In this document: one piece after another, positions 1 to 13,654 of the stretch
Position numbering within the stretch: position 1 is the stretch's first letter
Layout of the letters: every line of letters starts with the position of its first letter
Source of the DNA: the human T2T-CHM13v2.0 reference genome, Homo sapiens
Strand: one strand, 5' to 3'
Length of the DNA: 64,000 nucleotides
NCBI RefSeq assembly: GCF_009914755.1
Contig: NC_060927.1
The notes under the pieces: model-generated
Database searches by the model: none
Told to the model about the DNA's origin: nothing
What the model saw: only the letters and a program-made list of their open reading frames with translations
Position numbers and translations under genes: made by a program

Positions 1-224
1 TTAGCCAACTTTTTTTCTTAATGAGACTGCTACACTAAATATCACTTAAGTCTGGCTTGTGTGTGACTGTGGAGGTCGTAAATAGTGTCTCCCATTTATT
101 GCTGATTTGCTTTTTTGGCATATGATAATACTTGTGCTTCTTTACCCTTTTGAAGTTTATGAGTGGCTGGATGGCTTGCTTTGGTCACTAGTCTCAGAAC
201 AAATTAACTATTTGCCATTTCTCT

Positions 225-410
225 TCAGCTGACTGATGTTATCCTTGTGAAATAAACCTTGGGAAAAAAATCTCCTGATTGATGGAATGGAACATAGCCC
301 CCAGGAAACCTACAAGGACATATAATGTGAGCAAGAAATATCCTATGGTTGTTTGAAGTTACTGAGCTATAGGGACTCTTTTTTACTGCAGCATAATGCC
401 ACCTATCATG
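225..410 (+). mobile_element. Old MaLR (MLT1-type) LTR 3' fragment
   Basis: gtgagcaagaaata...ggttgtttgaagttactgag...ttactgcagcataat resembles the MLT1 LTR 3' end; heavily diverged. Confidence 0.5.
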
Positions 411-889
411 ATGAATAACATAAACCCAAAGTTTTCCGTGTTTTAGGGTCATCTTTGTTATATTATTTCCATGTAAAGATCATTGACATGATAGCTCTAG
501 ACAATTATGTATAAACACCACAATCTAATATGGAAAAAATCTTAACAATAATCCATAATTCAGTCTGTATCATATTTTCTGCCTCTCTTTCATATCTCAT
601 GTAACTTATAAAAATGTACACCTATGTACCCATAAAAAATAAAATATAAAATAAAAGTAGTTAATTGGAAAAATTAAAGAAAATATATGTGTAAGACTTT
701 GGTTTTTTGAATGTTGACCAATATGTATTTTGCTATAATCTTATTTAAGTTTGATGAGCTAAGTGTATATTATTTAAGTGAATTAAGATCATTACCTGAG
801 GTAAAGTTGATCAAATCTACTATTGATGTAATGTATATAGAATTCAGAAATTAGACAAATATTCAAGAATTGTTTTTGGGGAAGCTATT

Positions 890-1022
890 TTATCTAGCCC
901 TTTCATTTTATAGATGAAGATAAAGGAAACAATATGATTTTTAAAAAATCACTTAGAAAGTGTGTGACAGAATTGAGGTTAGAAGCCAGTTCCCTTGACT
1001 TTTGGTTCAATTTCTTTCCATT
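890..1022 (-). mobile_element. MIR fragment
   Basis: cattttatagatga...cagaattgaggttagaagccag is the reverse complement of the MIR core. Confidence 0.55.
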
Positions 1023-1251
1023 ATTGTTTCTAACATATGTTAGACATTTTACCATACAGTCAAAGATTGTATGGTTCAGTATAATGTAAATTCACAAGTT
1101 ATTTTTCTTATTTAGGGATTTGATTAAGTCACTTCTAGTATATTAGTTATTTTTTTTTCCTGATTGTTTACAAAGGCAATGGACATAGTTTGCTTTAAAA
1201 ACTATCATCAAATAAAAATGTGAACTCAGATACATTTTTTAAAAGCACCAT

Positions 1252-1453
1252 AAAGGGGAACAGCACACACTGGGGCCTTTGAGGAGAGAGGGTGGGAACG
1301 GGGAGAAGATCGGGAAAACTAACTAATGGGTACTGGGCTTAATACCTGGGTGAGGAAACAGTCTGTACTACAAACCGCCATGACAGAAGTTTACCTATGT
1401 AACAAACCTGCACTTGTACCTTGAACTTAAAATCAAAGTTAAAAAAAAAAAAA
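1252..1453 (+). mobile_element. 5'-truncated L1 3' end (older L1PA, ~L1PA13-16) with poly(A)
   Basis: L1 3'UTR (actaatgggtac...tgtaacaaacctgcac...gaacttaaaa) plus A tail; possible TSD aaaagca(c/g)ca. Confidence 0.85.
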
Positions 1454-2661
1454 GCAGCAGAAGTGTTTCCAGTTTTGCATACCATCTAGTATAGGCAGAA
1501 CTAAATTTCCTTGTACAGAGGAAAATGTCTTGCAAAGAAAAAGGCTTCCTGGAAGTCAAATAGTTTTGCACAACAAGTTTCATGAGCTAAGTGTACATTA
1601 ATCAGAAACATCTGAATTAAATTTTCCTTGAAATATACATAAAATGAAGAGGAACTGTGGTTTGCAGATTGTGTTTCAGGTTCTATTCTAACATTTTTCC
1701 AGCCTCAAATAGTACCAGTTTTTTCATTCCTACTTGGGAGTTTATAAAAATGCTTAGTAGACCACAGAATAAAACCGAATTCATCAGAAATCCAGTACAA
1801 ATATGAGATAGATAATAACATAACCTTACCTAACTCTTCCTCTTCATATAAAGTATTAGAGCTGAGATTTTTAAAAGGTTGTTATGAAGACTAACTCTTA
1901 ACTATTTGAGGGACAAGAAACAATCATCATGAGGGTAAATATCAGAAGTTATTTTCGTAGTCTGATATGCTAACTTTCATTATATGGAACTCAGAGCTGG
2001 ATGCCCTGCATTATTTCGCAGATTTTAAATATATACCATTATAACTTGTTTGTGTGATGTAGCTCTGATATCCAGGGTGGGTTCCCTTCTGTCACTTAGT
2101 GACAGATAATAAGCCCTAATTCCAGTGTTATATAAAAAAATCATTTGAAAACAATGTTGTCTATATTTGAATTTGCAACCGTTTCCCAGCAGTGAAATTT
2201 GACCTTTTCCTGCAAAATGGCATGAGGTTTTAAAGAAATAATGAAAACAAACTTATGATCCCAGGAAAAATACATTTCAATTAAAAAGAGGACCTATCAT
2301 CCATGATTTCTTTCACTGTATTAGAAGTGTTTCTTTGCATATTTCTCTTATTCTGTCATTACTTTAATACACTAACAGGTATATTTCATGGGCAATTTAC
2401 AGTAGTCTGAAATTGAGCCTTTGCTGAAAAGACTATCAGTATAAAATAATTTAACATAATCTGATAAGTATATGCCTTAGTTCATTTCTAATAACTATAG
2501 TGGCAGTTGAATTACATTGCCAAGGGATTTAGACATGTAAATCTGCCTGCTGAAAACATTACTAAGTTTTATAAGGGCAAAAATTTGCCTTTGTATAACT
2601 AAACATAATAGTTACGGGTTCTGTGGTCTCATTTTGTATTCTCTAGTGATAGGGTTTACAA

Positions 2662-2796
2662 TTATATATATATAAATATATATAATTTATATATACATAA
2701 TTTATATATATAAATTCTGACATATATGTGTGTGTGTATACACATATATATACCAGAAGATTAATACTGTATATATATACCAGAAGATTAATACTG
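2662..2796. repeat. (TA)n/(TG)n tract with a 26-bp tandem duplication
   Basis: atatatataccagaagattaatactg at 2744-2769 and 2771-2796. Confidence 0.9.
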
Positions 2797-3289
2797 GCAC
2801 TTGAAATATTCAAATATAAAATAAATTAGAACAGTGAATAAATGTCTGATTGCTGCTATAAAAAAACAAGATCCATAGCTTTCATGAATAAATGAATGAA
2901 GGCACCTTAGCGCAGCATGAAAAACTGAACTAGAGGTGAATTTCACTGGCTTTCCTGGAAAAATCTCATATGCAAAACCAGACCAGTTCAGAAAATTTCC
3001 CTAGCTGATTACTGGAGGCACTAAGAATACAGTGCTGGAGTTTAGGCACACTGGATATGTCATGCTGGGTTATGTGTGGGATTTGAAGATTCATATGCAT
3101 GTTTGCTAGTTCCTTGTTATAAGAAATTAAAATTTATTTGATCCTTGTATTGTTCTTCATTTGTTTCAATTAAACCTGCCAGTTTTCATAATTTCCCTAC
3201 ATAAAAAATACTGCTTTGCTCTCAGAATACATAAGTTGAAACTGTAAGTGACATCAATAATTATTATTTTTGAATATATTTTAGGTGCT

Positions 3290-6200
3290 TTACTTTATTT
3301 CATTTTTTCCATAAGTTATTGGGGTACAGGTGGTATTTGGTTACATAAGTAAGTTATTTAGTGGTGATTTTTGAAATTTTGGTGCACCCATTACCAGAGC
3401 AGTATATACTGCACCATATTTGTAGTCTTTTATCCCTCGCCCTGCTCCTACTCTTCCCTCCAACTCCCCAAAGTCTATTGTATCATTCTTATCCTTTTGC
3501 ATCCTCATAGCTTAGCTCTCACATATCAGTGAGAACATATGATGTTTGGTTTTCCATTCCTGAGTTACATCACTTAGAATAATACTCTCCAATCTCATCT
3601 AGGTCACTGCAAATGCTGCTAATTCATTCTTTTTATGGCTGTGTAGTATTCCATCATATATATATTTTTTCCCATCATATATATATATTTTCCATCACCT
3701 ATATATTCCATCATATATATGTGTATATACACGCACATATATACACACACACACACATATATATATACACATACATATATATATGTGTGTGTGTGTGAGT
3801 ATATATATTTATACAGTTTCTTTATCCACTCGTTGATTGATGGGCATTTGTGTTGGTTCCATCATTTTGCAATTGTGAATCATGCTGCTATAAATGTTCA
3901 TGTGCAAGTATCTTTTACGAATAATGACTTCTTTCCTCTGGGTAGGTACCTAATAGTGGGATTGCTGGATCAAATGATAGTTCTACTTTTAGTTTTTTAA
4001 TGAGTCTCCACACTGTTTTCCATTGTGGCTGTACTAGTTGACATTCCCACTAGCAGTGGGGTGCACTGTTCACCGCATCCACACCAACATGTACTGTTTT
4101 TTGATTTTTTGATTATGACCAATCTTGCAGGAATAAGGTAGTATCACATTGTGGCTTTGATATGCATTTCCCTGATCATTAGTGATGCTGAGCATCTTTT
4201 CATATGATTTTTGGCCATTTGCATATCTTCTTTTGAGAATTGTCTATTCATGTCCTTAGCTCAGTTTTTGATGGGATTATTTTTTTTTCTTACTGATTTG
4301 CTTGAGTTCTTTGTAGGTTCTGGATATTCGTCCTTTGTCAGATGTATAGATTGTGAAGATATTCTCCCATTCTGTGGGTTGTCTGTTTACTCTGCTGACT
4401 GTTCCTTTTGCAGTGCAAAAGATCTTTAGTTTAATTAGGTCTCAGATATTTATCTTTGTTTTTATTGCATTTGCTTTTGGGTTCTTGGTCATGAAATCTT
4501 TTCCTAAGCCAATGTTTAGAAGGGTTTATCCAATGTTATCTTTTAGAATTCTTATAGTTTCAGGTCTTAGGTTTAGTGCCTTAATCCATCTTGAGTTGAT
4601 TTTTGTATAAGGTGAGAGAGGAGGACCCAGTTTCATTCTCCTAGGTGTGGCTAGCCAATTATCCCAACACCATCTGTTGAAAACGATGTCCTTTCTCCAC
4701 CTTATGTTTCCGTTTGCTGTGTCGAAGATTATTTAGCTGTAAGTTTTGAGTTCATTTCTGGGTTGTCTACTCTGTTCCATTGGTCTACGTGCCTATTTTT
4801 ATACAAGTACCACACTGTTTTGGTGACTATGGCCTTATAGTATAGTTTGAAATCAGGTAGTGTGATGCCTCCAGATTTGTTGTTTTTGCTTAGTCTTCCT
4901 TTGTCTATGCAGGCTCTTTTTTGGTTCCATATAGATTTTAGAATTTCTTTTTCTAATTCTGTGAAGAATGATGGTGGTATTCTGATGGGGATTGCATTGA
5001 ATTTGTAGATTGCTTTTGGTGGTATGGTCATTTTCACAATATTGATTCTACCCATCTATGAGCATGGGATGTGTTTCCATTTGTTTGTGTCATCTATGAT
5101 TTCTATCAGCAGTGTTTTGTAGTTTTCCTTGTAGAGATCTTTCGACTTTCTTGTTAGGTATATTCCTAAGTATTTTATTTTTTTTTTGTGCAGCTATTGT
5201 AAAAGGGGTTGAGTTCTTAATTTGATTATCTGCTTGGTCGCTGTTAGTGTATAGAAGAGCTACTGATTTGTCTATATAAATATTGTATCTGGAAACTTTG
5301 CTGAATTCTTTCACCAGTTCTAGGCACTTTTTAGAGGAGTCTTAGGGTTTTCAAGGTAAATGATCATATTATCAGCAAACAGTGACAGTTTGACTTCCTC
5401 TTTACCAATTTGGATGCCCTTCATTTCTTTCTCTTGTCTGATTGCTCTGGCTAGGACTTCCAGTACTATGTTGAAGAGGAGTGGTGAGAGTGGGCATCCT
5501 TGTCTTGTTCCAGTTCTCAGAGGAAATGCTTTCAACTTTTCCTCATTTAGTATTATGTTGGCTGTAGGTTTGTCATAGAAGGTTTTTATTACATTAAGGT
5601 ATGTCTTTTGTATATGCCAGTTTTGCTTAGAGTTTTAATCATAAAGTGATGCTGGATTTTGTTGAATGCTTTTTCTTTATCTATTGAGATGATCATGTGA
5701 TTTTGTTTTTAATTCTGTTTATGTGGTGTATCACATTCATTGACTTGCATATGTCAAACCATCCCTGCATCCCTTGTATAAAACCCACCTGATTATGGTG
5801 GATTATCTTTTTGATACGTTGTTGGATTCAGTTAGCTAGTATTTTGTTAAGGATTTTAGCATCTATACTCGTGAAGGTTATCGGTCTGTAGTTTTCTTTT
5901 TTTGGTTACGTCCTTTTCCTGGTTTTGGTATTTTAAGGTGATTCTGGCTTCATAGAATGAATTAGGGAGGGTTCCTCCTTTCTCTATCTTGTGGAATAGT
6001 GTCAAAAGGATTGGTACCAATTCTTCTTTTAATGTCTGATAGAATTCTGCTGTGAATTCATCTGGTCCTGAACTTTTTGTTGGTAATTTTTTAATTAGCA
6101 TTTCAATCTTGCTGCTTGTTATTAGTCTGTTCAGGGTATCTAATTCTTCCTGATTTAAGCTAGAAGGGTTGTATTTTTCCAGGAATGTATCCATCTCTTC

Positions 6201-8892
6201 TAGGTTTTCTAGTTTTGCATAAAGGTGTTGATAGTAGCATTGAATGACATTTTATATTTCAGTGGTGTCAGTTGTAATATCTCCTGTTTCATTTCTTAGT
6301 GAGGTTATTTGGATTTTCTCTCTTTTTTTCTTGGTTAACCTTGCTAATGGTCTGTCAATTTTATTTATCTTTTCAAAGAACCAGCTTTTTGTTTCATGTA
6401 TCTTTTGTAATTTTTTTGTTTCTATTTCACTTAGTTCTGCTTTGATCTAGGCTATTTCCTTTCTTCCCCTGGGTTTGGGTTTAGTTTGTTCTTGTTTCTC
6501 TAGTTCCTTGAGGTGTGACTTTAGATTGTCTGTTTGTGCTCCTTTAGACTTTTTGATGTAAGAGTTTAGGGCTATGAACTTTTTTTTTAGCATTGCCTTT
6601 TCTGTGTCCCAGAGGTTTTGATAAGCTGTGTCATTATTGTCATTCAGTTTGATGAATTTTTAAATTTCCATCTCTATTTCATTTTTGACCTAATGCTCAT
6701 TCAGGAGCAGTTTATTTAAATACCATGTATTTGCATGGTTTTGAAGGATCTTTTTGGAGTTGATTTCCAGTTTTATTCCACTGTGGTCTGAGACAGTGCT
6801 TGATATAATTTCAATTTTCTTAAATTTATTGAAGCTTGTTTTATGGCCTATCATATGATCTATCTTGGAGAAAGTTCCATGCGCTCTTGAATACAATGTG
6901 TATTCTGTGATTGTTGTATGAAATGTTCTGTATATATTTGTTAAGTCCATTTGTTCCAAGGTATAGTATAAATCCATTGTATCTTTGTTGACTTTCTTTC
7001 TTGATGACCCATCTAATGCTGTCAGTGGAGTATTGAAGTCCCCCACTATTATTATATTGCTGTCTATCTCATTTCTTAGGTCTACTAGTAATTGTTTTAT
7101 AAATTTGGAACCTCCAGTGTTAGGTGCATTTATGTTTAGGATTGTGATATTTTCCTGTTGGACAAGGCCTTTTACCATTATATCCAGTCTCTCTTTGTCT
7201 CTTTTAACCACTGTTGCTTTAAAGTTTGTATATAAGAATAGCTACCCCTGTTTGCTTTTGGTGTCCATTTGCATGAAATGTCTTTTTCCACCCCTTTAAG
7301 TTTATATGAGTCCTTATATGTTAGGTGAGTCTCCTGAAGGCAGCAGAGTGTTGATTGATGAGTTCTTATCCATTCTGCGGTTCTGTATATTTTAAGTGGA
7401 GCTTTTATGCTATTTACAGTCAATGTTAGTATTGAAATGTGAGGTACCATTGCTTTCATCGTGCTCTCTGTTGCCTGTGTACTTTTGGTTTTTGTTTTTG
7501 CTTTTTTAACTTCTATTTTTGTTTTATAGATCTTGTGTGATTTATGCTTTAAAGAGTTTCTGTTTGGATGTGTTTCCAGGATTTGTTTCAAGATTTAGAG
7601 TTCCTTTTAGCAGTTTTGTAGGGGTGACTTGCTAATAGCGAATTCTCTCAGCATTTGTTTGTCTGAAAATGACTGTATCTTACCTTCATATATGATGCTT
7701 AGTTTCACTCATACAAAATTCTTGACTGATAATTTTTTTGTCTGAGGAGGCTGAAGATAGGTACCCAAGCTCTTCTCGACTGTAGGGTTTCTGCTGAGAA
7801 ATCCGCTGTTAATCTAACTGGTTTTCCTTTGTAAGTTACCTGGTGCTTCTGTCCCACAGCTCTTAAGATTCTTTCCTTCATCTTGACTTTGGATAACCTG
7901 ATGACAATGTGCCTAGGTGAAGGTCTTTTTGTCATGTATTTCCCAGATAGTCTTTGTGCTTCTTGTATTAGGATGTCTAGGTCTTTAGCAAGGCCAGGGA
8001 AGTTTTCCTTGATTATTCCCCCAAATATGTTTTCCAGGCTTTTAGAATTCTCTTCTTCCTCAGGAACACCAATTATTCTTAGGTTTGGTCATTTACCATA
8101 ATCCCAGATGCCTTGGAGGCTTTGTTCATATTTTCTTATTCCTTTTTATTTGTCTTTGTTGGATTGGTTTAACTCGAAGGCCTTTTTTTCGAGCTCTGAA
8201 TTTCTTTGTTCTACTTGTTCAATTCTATTGCTGAGACTTTCCAGAGCATTTCACATTTGTAAAAGCGTGTTCACAGTTTTCTGAAATTTTGATCATTTTT
8301 TCATTAAGCTATCTGTATCCACAAATATTTCTCACTTCACTTCTTGTATCATGTTTTAGATTTCCTTACATTGGGCTTCACCTTTCTCTGGTTCCTCCCT
8401 GATTAGCTTAATAATTAACCTCCTGAATTCTTTTTTCAGGTAAATCAAGGATTTCTTCTTAGTTTGGACCAATTGCTGGTGAACTAGTGTGATTTTGGGG
8501 GGTGCTGAAGAGCCTTGTTTTGACATATTACCAGGGTTGGTTTTCTGGTTCCTTCTCATTTGGGTAGGCTCCGTCAGAGAGAAGGTCTGAGGATGAAGGC
8601 TGTGGTTCAGATTCTTTTGTCCCATGGGGTGTTCCCTTGATGTAGTACTCTCCCCCTTTTTCTATAGATGTGGCTTCCTGCGAGCCAAACTGCATTGATT
8701 GTTGTCTCTCTTCTGGGTGTAGCCACCCAGTGAGTCTGTCCAGCTCCGGTCTAGTACTGGGGTTGTCTGCACAGAGTCCTGTAATGTGAACCTCCCATGG
8801 ATCTCTCGGCCACGGATTCCAGCGCCTGTTCTGGTGGATGTAGAAGAGGGTGCAATGGGCTCCGTGAGGGTCCTAAGCTCTGGTGGTTTAAT
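3290..8892 (-). mobile_element. Near full-length L1PB (L1PB1-like), degenerate, truncated within the 5'UTR
   Basis: L1PB1-type 3' end (ccataagttattggggtacaggtgg); minus-strand ORF2 fragments (EN 6690-7211, RT 5320-5535 FADN, 4729-5055) and ORF1 fragments (7705-7935; MRRNQKTNPGNM ~8559); (TA/CA)n expansion at 3655-3810. Confidence 0.93.
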
Positions 8893-9869
8893 TGACATTT
8901 ATTAAAGAAGGTATTTTAGCAAGAAGAATAAATGATTCCGTTAACTTAACTTATGATAGACATCTGATCTTTCCCTATCTTCCTTAAAACTCAGAATATG
9001 TTCTTGAGAAATTGACTCAGTCAAGTTTGTCAAATAGTGTTTGTCAGTCTCACTCTGTTTCTCTTTTCTGTGCTACACGCTACCAGATAAGTAAGTTCCT
9101 ATGGGAAACTAAAAATAAGTGTTCTTGCATTGGCCTTGGTAAAAAGGAAATTTTTATTCCAGAAGATTCAGTGATTCCTGATTCTTCCAGAACACAATGC
9201 CTGTAATTCTATCTACATTTTATCCATGTAGATGAAATGTTTTGACTTTATTAAAGTAGAAATGAACAGAGCCTTGAATGTGGGAAGGATAACACATTAT
9301 ATTCCTGCTCAAACGGATCCAGAAGCAGAATCAGAAGAAAACTGAAGTTAGATTTTCCTGATAAATAAGATATTCTAAATTTATCAGGATTTAGCACTTC
9401 TGACACAGAATGAGAAAGTAAAAAACAAATATTCCAATAAAAATAAAAAAATTTGGGAAAAAACATGAATTTAATTTAAAAACTTGAATTTAATTTTTAA
9501 AAACTTAAAAATTTGAATATTTTTAATACAAGCATTTTCCTGTTGTAGAAATAGTTTTAATTGTAGTTACAACAAGGTACTAGATTGAAATTGAATTTTA
9601 AGGCATGTGGAAAGAACCGTGTTGTAGCCTCTGTACATATTCTTCCTTGTCTTTTACAATCACTAGAGCTTGGTTTCTACAATTTAAGTTTTGATTTTTG
9701 ACAGAACACAAATTCCTCTAGATAGGTTATTTTGAGACTTTATCAATCACATACTTTTAATTTAGTCACATCTGGTTCTAAAGACTTTCTTATTCTCTTG
9801 ACACCTTTCCAACACTCATTCTCATTTCTTCCTTCCACTGCCAAAATCACCATATTTTCTCACTGCCTT

Positions 9870-10579
9870 TAGTTTATTCTACCATAATACTTGTTATGAA
9901 ATGGACATGTTTTCCAATAAGATTGATATATTAAGGAACTCTTTGAGCAAAATCAGATTTTGTGTTTTCTTATGCATGATTTTGTTCATAGTAAATACTA
10001 AAAACATGCAGAAAATTGCATCTAGCTAAACCTAGCCACATAATATGCAAAGCACACACATACATCTCAAAAATCTGCAGGTGTCTCCGTCTACCATGTG
10101 TGTTATGAACATATTCATCTACATATGATGTTACAACTTTCTATCCAATTTCAGATAACCTTCCTTCCACCACCTCACAATAACACTCAAGCTGCTAAAA
10201 CCCTTCTAAAGCCCACTTCCACGAGCAAACTTCAGGTATTTTTCAAGATTGAATGCTGTATTTATTGCAGTATATGCTATATATTGTTCATTTCTTAACT
10301 ATTTATACATTGTATATGTATTTATGTATATATTTTTACATTTTATGTATTTCTGGACTATTTACTAGTTTTAAAAGTGTAATACAACTTTTATTACATT
10401 CATATGGTTTTGCTTTTCTTTGATTTTTTTTGGTTTAACATATCATTGACAATTTTTGCCTCTTGTGTCCTTAACTCCATTTCTCTATAAGTGCTGTGAA
10501 ATTACTGTGAATTATAAGTGCATTTTGTATCGTGTAGTTAATTTTAGAATGAAGAATCAGATCATAACAGAACTGACTT
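9870..10579. mobile_element. TcMar-Tigger DNA transposon (Tigger13a-like)
   Basis: Terminus ataacagaactgact at ~10565-10578; internal ccaataagattgatatattaaggaac and cccttctaaagcccacttccac match my recollection of the Tigger13a consensus. Confidence 0.65.
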
Positions 10580-11774
10580 AATTTTGTCTTTAGTTTTTTA
10601 GTCAGGTACAATGTGCCTGCCATTGTATTGAAATTGATAATGGACACACAAATTAATACTTTTAATTGTAGTTATAGCAGGGTGCTAGATTAAAATGGGA
10701 TTGTAGAGCACCTTGATATTGTCTTTGAACCTTGATGTAATGTTATGTCTACATTCTTGGTTTTCATACTTTTCAACATTATTTGAAACTGCTGGTGCTT
10801 CCTCAAGTTTTTTTAAACAAAATATTACTGGATATCTTTTATGTAGACAGCATTTCTTTAAATTTACATGGGATAGAAAAATTAAGCATATAGTTTGCCT
10901 GATAGAAAAGGATAAGTCAAAGAGTTAACCAGTTCTACTGCTGACAGAATCAGTGGTATAAAGTGATATGAATACAGCAGGCTTCAGATCTGCATGTGGA
11001 TATGAAGATGTCACAGAAGATGAAGTATTTAGAGATAGTAACAACACTGACTTACATAGGCTTTGTGTTTTCACTTACTGTTTTCTATGAGACAAGTTCC
11101 TTGAGGACAGATTTTTCTCATCATCATCCTTATATGCCTTTGAATACATATCAAATTAAAGGAATCTGCATAGCATTTAACTCTTTTTAACTTATTATGC
11201 CCTTGCCCAGAAGGTTGACTGCCACAACAAGTGTTTACTTAATGATGAAGTAATCCTTGGCTTTAGCATATATGGCAGGAATTGAAAGACAAAGAAGGAA
11301 GAAAAGAATTTCAGTGTGTCACATTAAATTGACAAAGGTTTAGAGGTAGTAGTAAGTATTCTGGTATGTTCAGGCAGTAGCTGGAAGAGTGGAGGACAGG
11401 AGGCAGTCATAAGTAGAAGTTTTCTCAGTAGCAAGTTAATGAATCTGTACTTGAAGCTCTCTTTTCTCTTGCCTTTGACACAATTTTTTAAACTCTTCAC
11501 CAACTTGTTTAGCTTTTCCGTTTACTCTTCCAACTGATGGTTTTAGTCATCTTTTTGCATCCTTAAATACAGAAAATGCCTTTTCCCCATACAGATTTGT
11601 CCCATTCCCATTTAAATTCCAAAGACCAGCTTAAATGCTGCATTTTCAGTGAAATTTTACTGACCACGCCAGCTGGAACTAATCTTTCTCCAAATGCAAG
11701 GTTTATGCAGCATGACAAAATATTTAATTTACTTATTTACTATTAAAACACTTACAGAAATACTTTTTGCTTGG

Positions 11775-12145
11775 TGTAATAGTCTGTTTTCACATTGCTA
11801 TAAAGAACTGTCAGAGACTGTGTAATTTATAAAGAAAAAGGGTTTAAAGACTCATAGTTCTGCATGACTGGGGAGGCCTCAGGAAACTTGCAATCATGGC
11901 AGAAGGGGAAGCTGACATGCCTTACCTAGCGGCAGGCAAGAGAGAGCAAGTGTGAAGGAGGAACTGTCAAACATTTAAAAAAAAAATCAGATCTCGTGAG
12001 AACTCACTATCTCAAGAAAGGCATGAGGGAAACCACACCCATTAGCCAATCGTCTCCCACCAGGTCCCTCCTTTGACACATGAGGATTACAGGAGTTACA
12101 ATTTGAGATGATATTTGGGTGGAGATACAGAGTCAAACCGTATCA
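11775..12145 (-). mobile_element. THE1 (THE1C/D-like) solo LTR, ERVL-MaLR
   Basis: tgtaatagtctgttttcac...gaggcctcaggaaactt...caaaccgtatca; TG...CA termini, ~370 bp. Confidence 0.9.
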
Positions 12146-12621
12146 TTTTGCTTCTTACTAAAGAAAATATTTTTCCTCAAGCACAAGATGGAACTTTATA
12201 TACTGGTTACAAATTTACTTAATAAAAGTAAAATCACAAACCTTTTAATATATGTGCTATGGCGCTACACATTTATTATGTCTAACTATTAGAAGAGTTT
12301 TCACCTTCCTTATAAAAATAAAAATCTTATTTGAATTTATGGATTTCAAAGAAAATTTTATTTGATTTTTCATTAAACGTGAAAGTCAACATACAGTGGG
12401 TGATTTTGTTCTTGCTGCAATTTTTTTTCAGAAATATATATACAATATTCATAGAGTTTAACTACTTGATTGACCAAGTCTAAATCCAAATGTTTCTGAG
12501 TTTGCTAGAGTTTAAGCAGTCATTAGGCTAAGGTGGGGATTGAGTGTTCACACTGACAGATAATTTATTATAGGAAAATTTAAAAATCATATATTTGAAT
12601 TTCTCATTGATAGCCCAGAAC

Positions 12622-12858
12622 GCTCAGGCACGGTGGCTTACGCCTGTAATCCCAGCACTCTGGGAGGCCGAGGAGGGCGGATCACGAGGTCAGGAGATCA
12701 AGACCATCCTGGCTAACACAGTGAAACCTCATCTCTACTAAAAAATACAAAAAATTAGCCAGGCATGGTGGTGGGTGCCTGTAATCCCAGCTACCCGGGA
12801 GACTGAGGCAGGAGAATCTCTTGAACCTGGGAGGCGGAGCAAAAAAAAAAAAAAAAAG
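12622..12858 (+). mobile_element. Alu (AluSc8/Y-like) lacking the last ~60 nt of the right arm
   Basis: gatcacgaggtcaggagatcaagaccatcctggctaac diagnostics; ends ggcggagc directly followed by A17. Confidence 0.93.
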
Positions 12859-13461
12859 AAATAATAACAGGAAGATCAGAACTGGAAGGAAAAGGGACAT
12901 GGCTAGATGAGGAAAAGTTGAATTTCAAGAGCCCATAACATCCTACTGAGTAAATTATAAAGATTATTAGAAATAAAAGACAGGAGCTTAAGATTTAGGT
13001 CCCAAAGACCTTGTCATTTGGATGGTTGAAATAATGTACCTAGGTGGGATCATGTCATTGGTATTCAGTAGCCAGAAGAAGCAGGGAAGAATTGAGCTCC
13101 TAGAGGCCAAACAATGAACTAATTATATAATAATAAAATTGCACACTTCCAGAGTGAAAAGTTCCAGCATTTTGATATGCCTTAACATATTTGAAGGAAG
13201 GTTAGGAAAAACTTTGGCTAAGCCATAGCACTCGAGCATCCAAGAGATTTGACATTCAGGGAAGTTCCTAAGAGGATAGCAAGCCTGGAGTACAGTAAAA
13301 TTGATTTGCTTATCCTCAAAATATTTGAAGAAGATAAACTTAGGTCAAAAACAGATTAAGTGTAAAAAAGAGCACAACTAAAAATAAAACCTGATAATTG
13401 AATGGAGGAAGATAAACACTTTTTATTTTGATCTGCACTGGTAAAGATGAGAGAGGTATGT

Positions 13462-13622
13462 TTGTGTGTGTGAGAGTGTACACACACAAACATATACATA
13501 TATAAACATAAGTGTGTATATATACACATAAGTGTGTCATACACATAAGTGTGTATCTATGTATACATACATACACATAAGTGTGTATCTATATGTATGT
13601 GTTTTTGTGTTTACAAACAGCA

Positions 13623-13654
<32 letters not shown>
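13462..13654. repeat. Compound (TG)/(CA)/(TA) microsatellite with four acataagtgtgt units
   Basis: Directly visible in sequence. Confidence 0.9.

Noticed and set aside
3655-3810. ORFs rich in H/I/Y/T
   Set aside because: Translation artefacts of the (TA)/(CA) microsatellite inside the L1PB.
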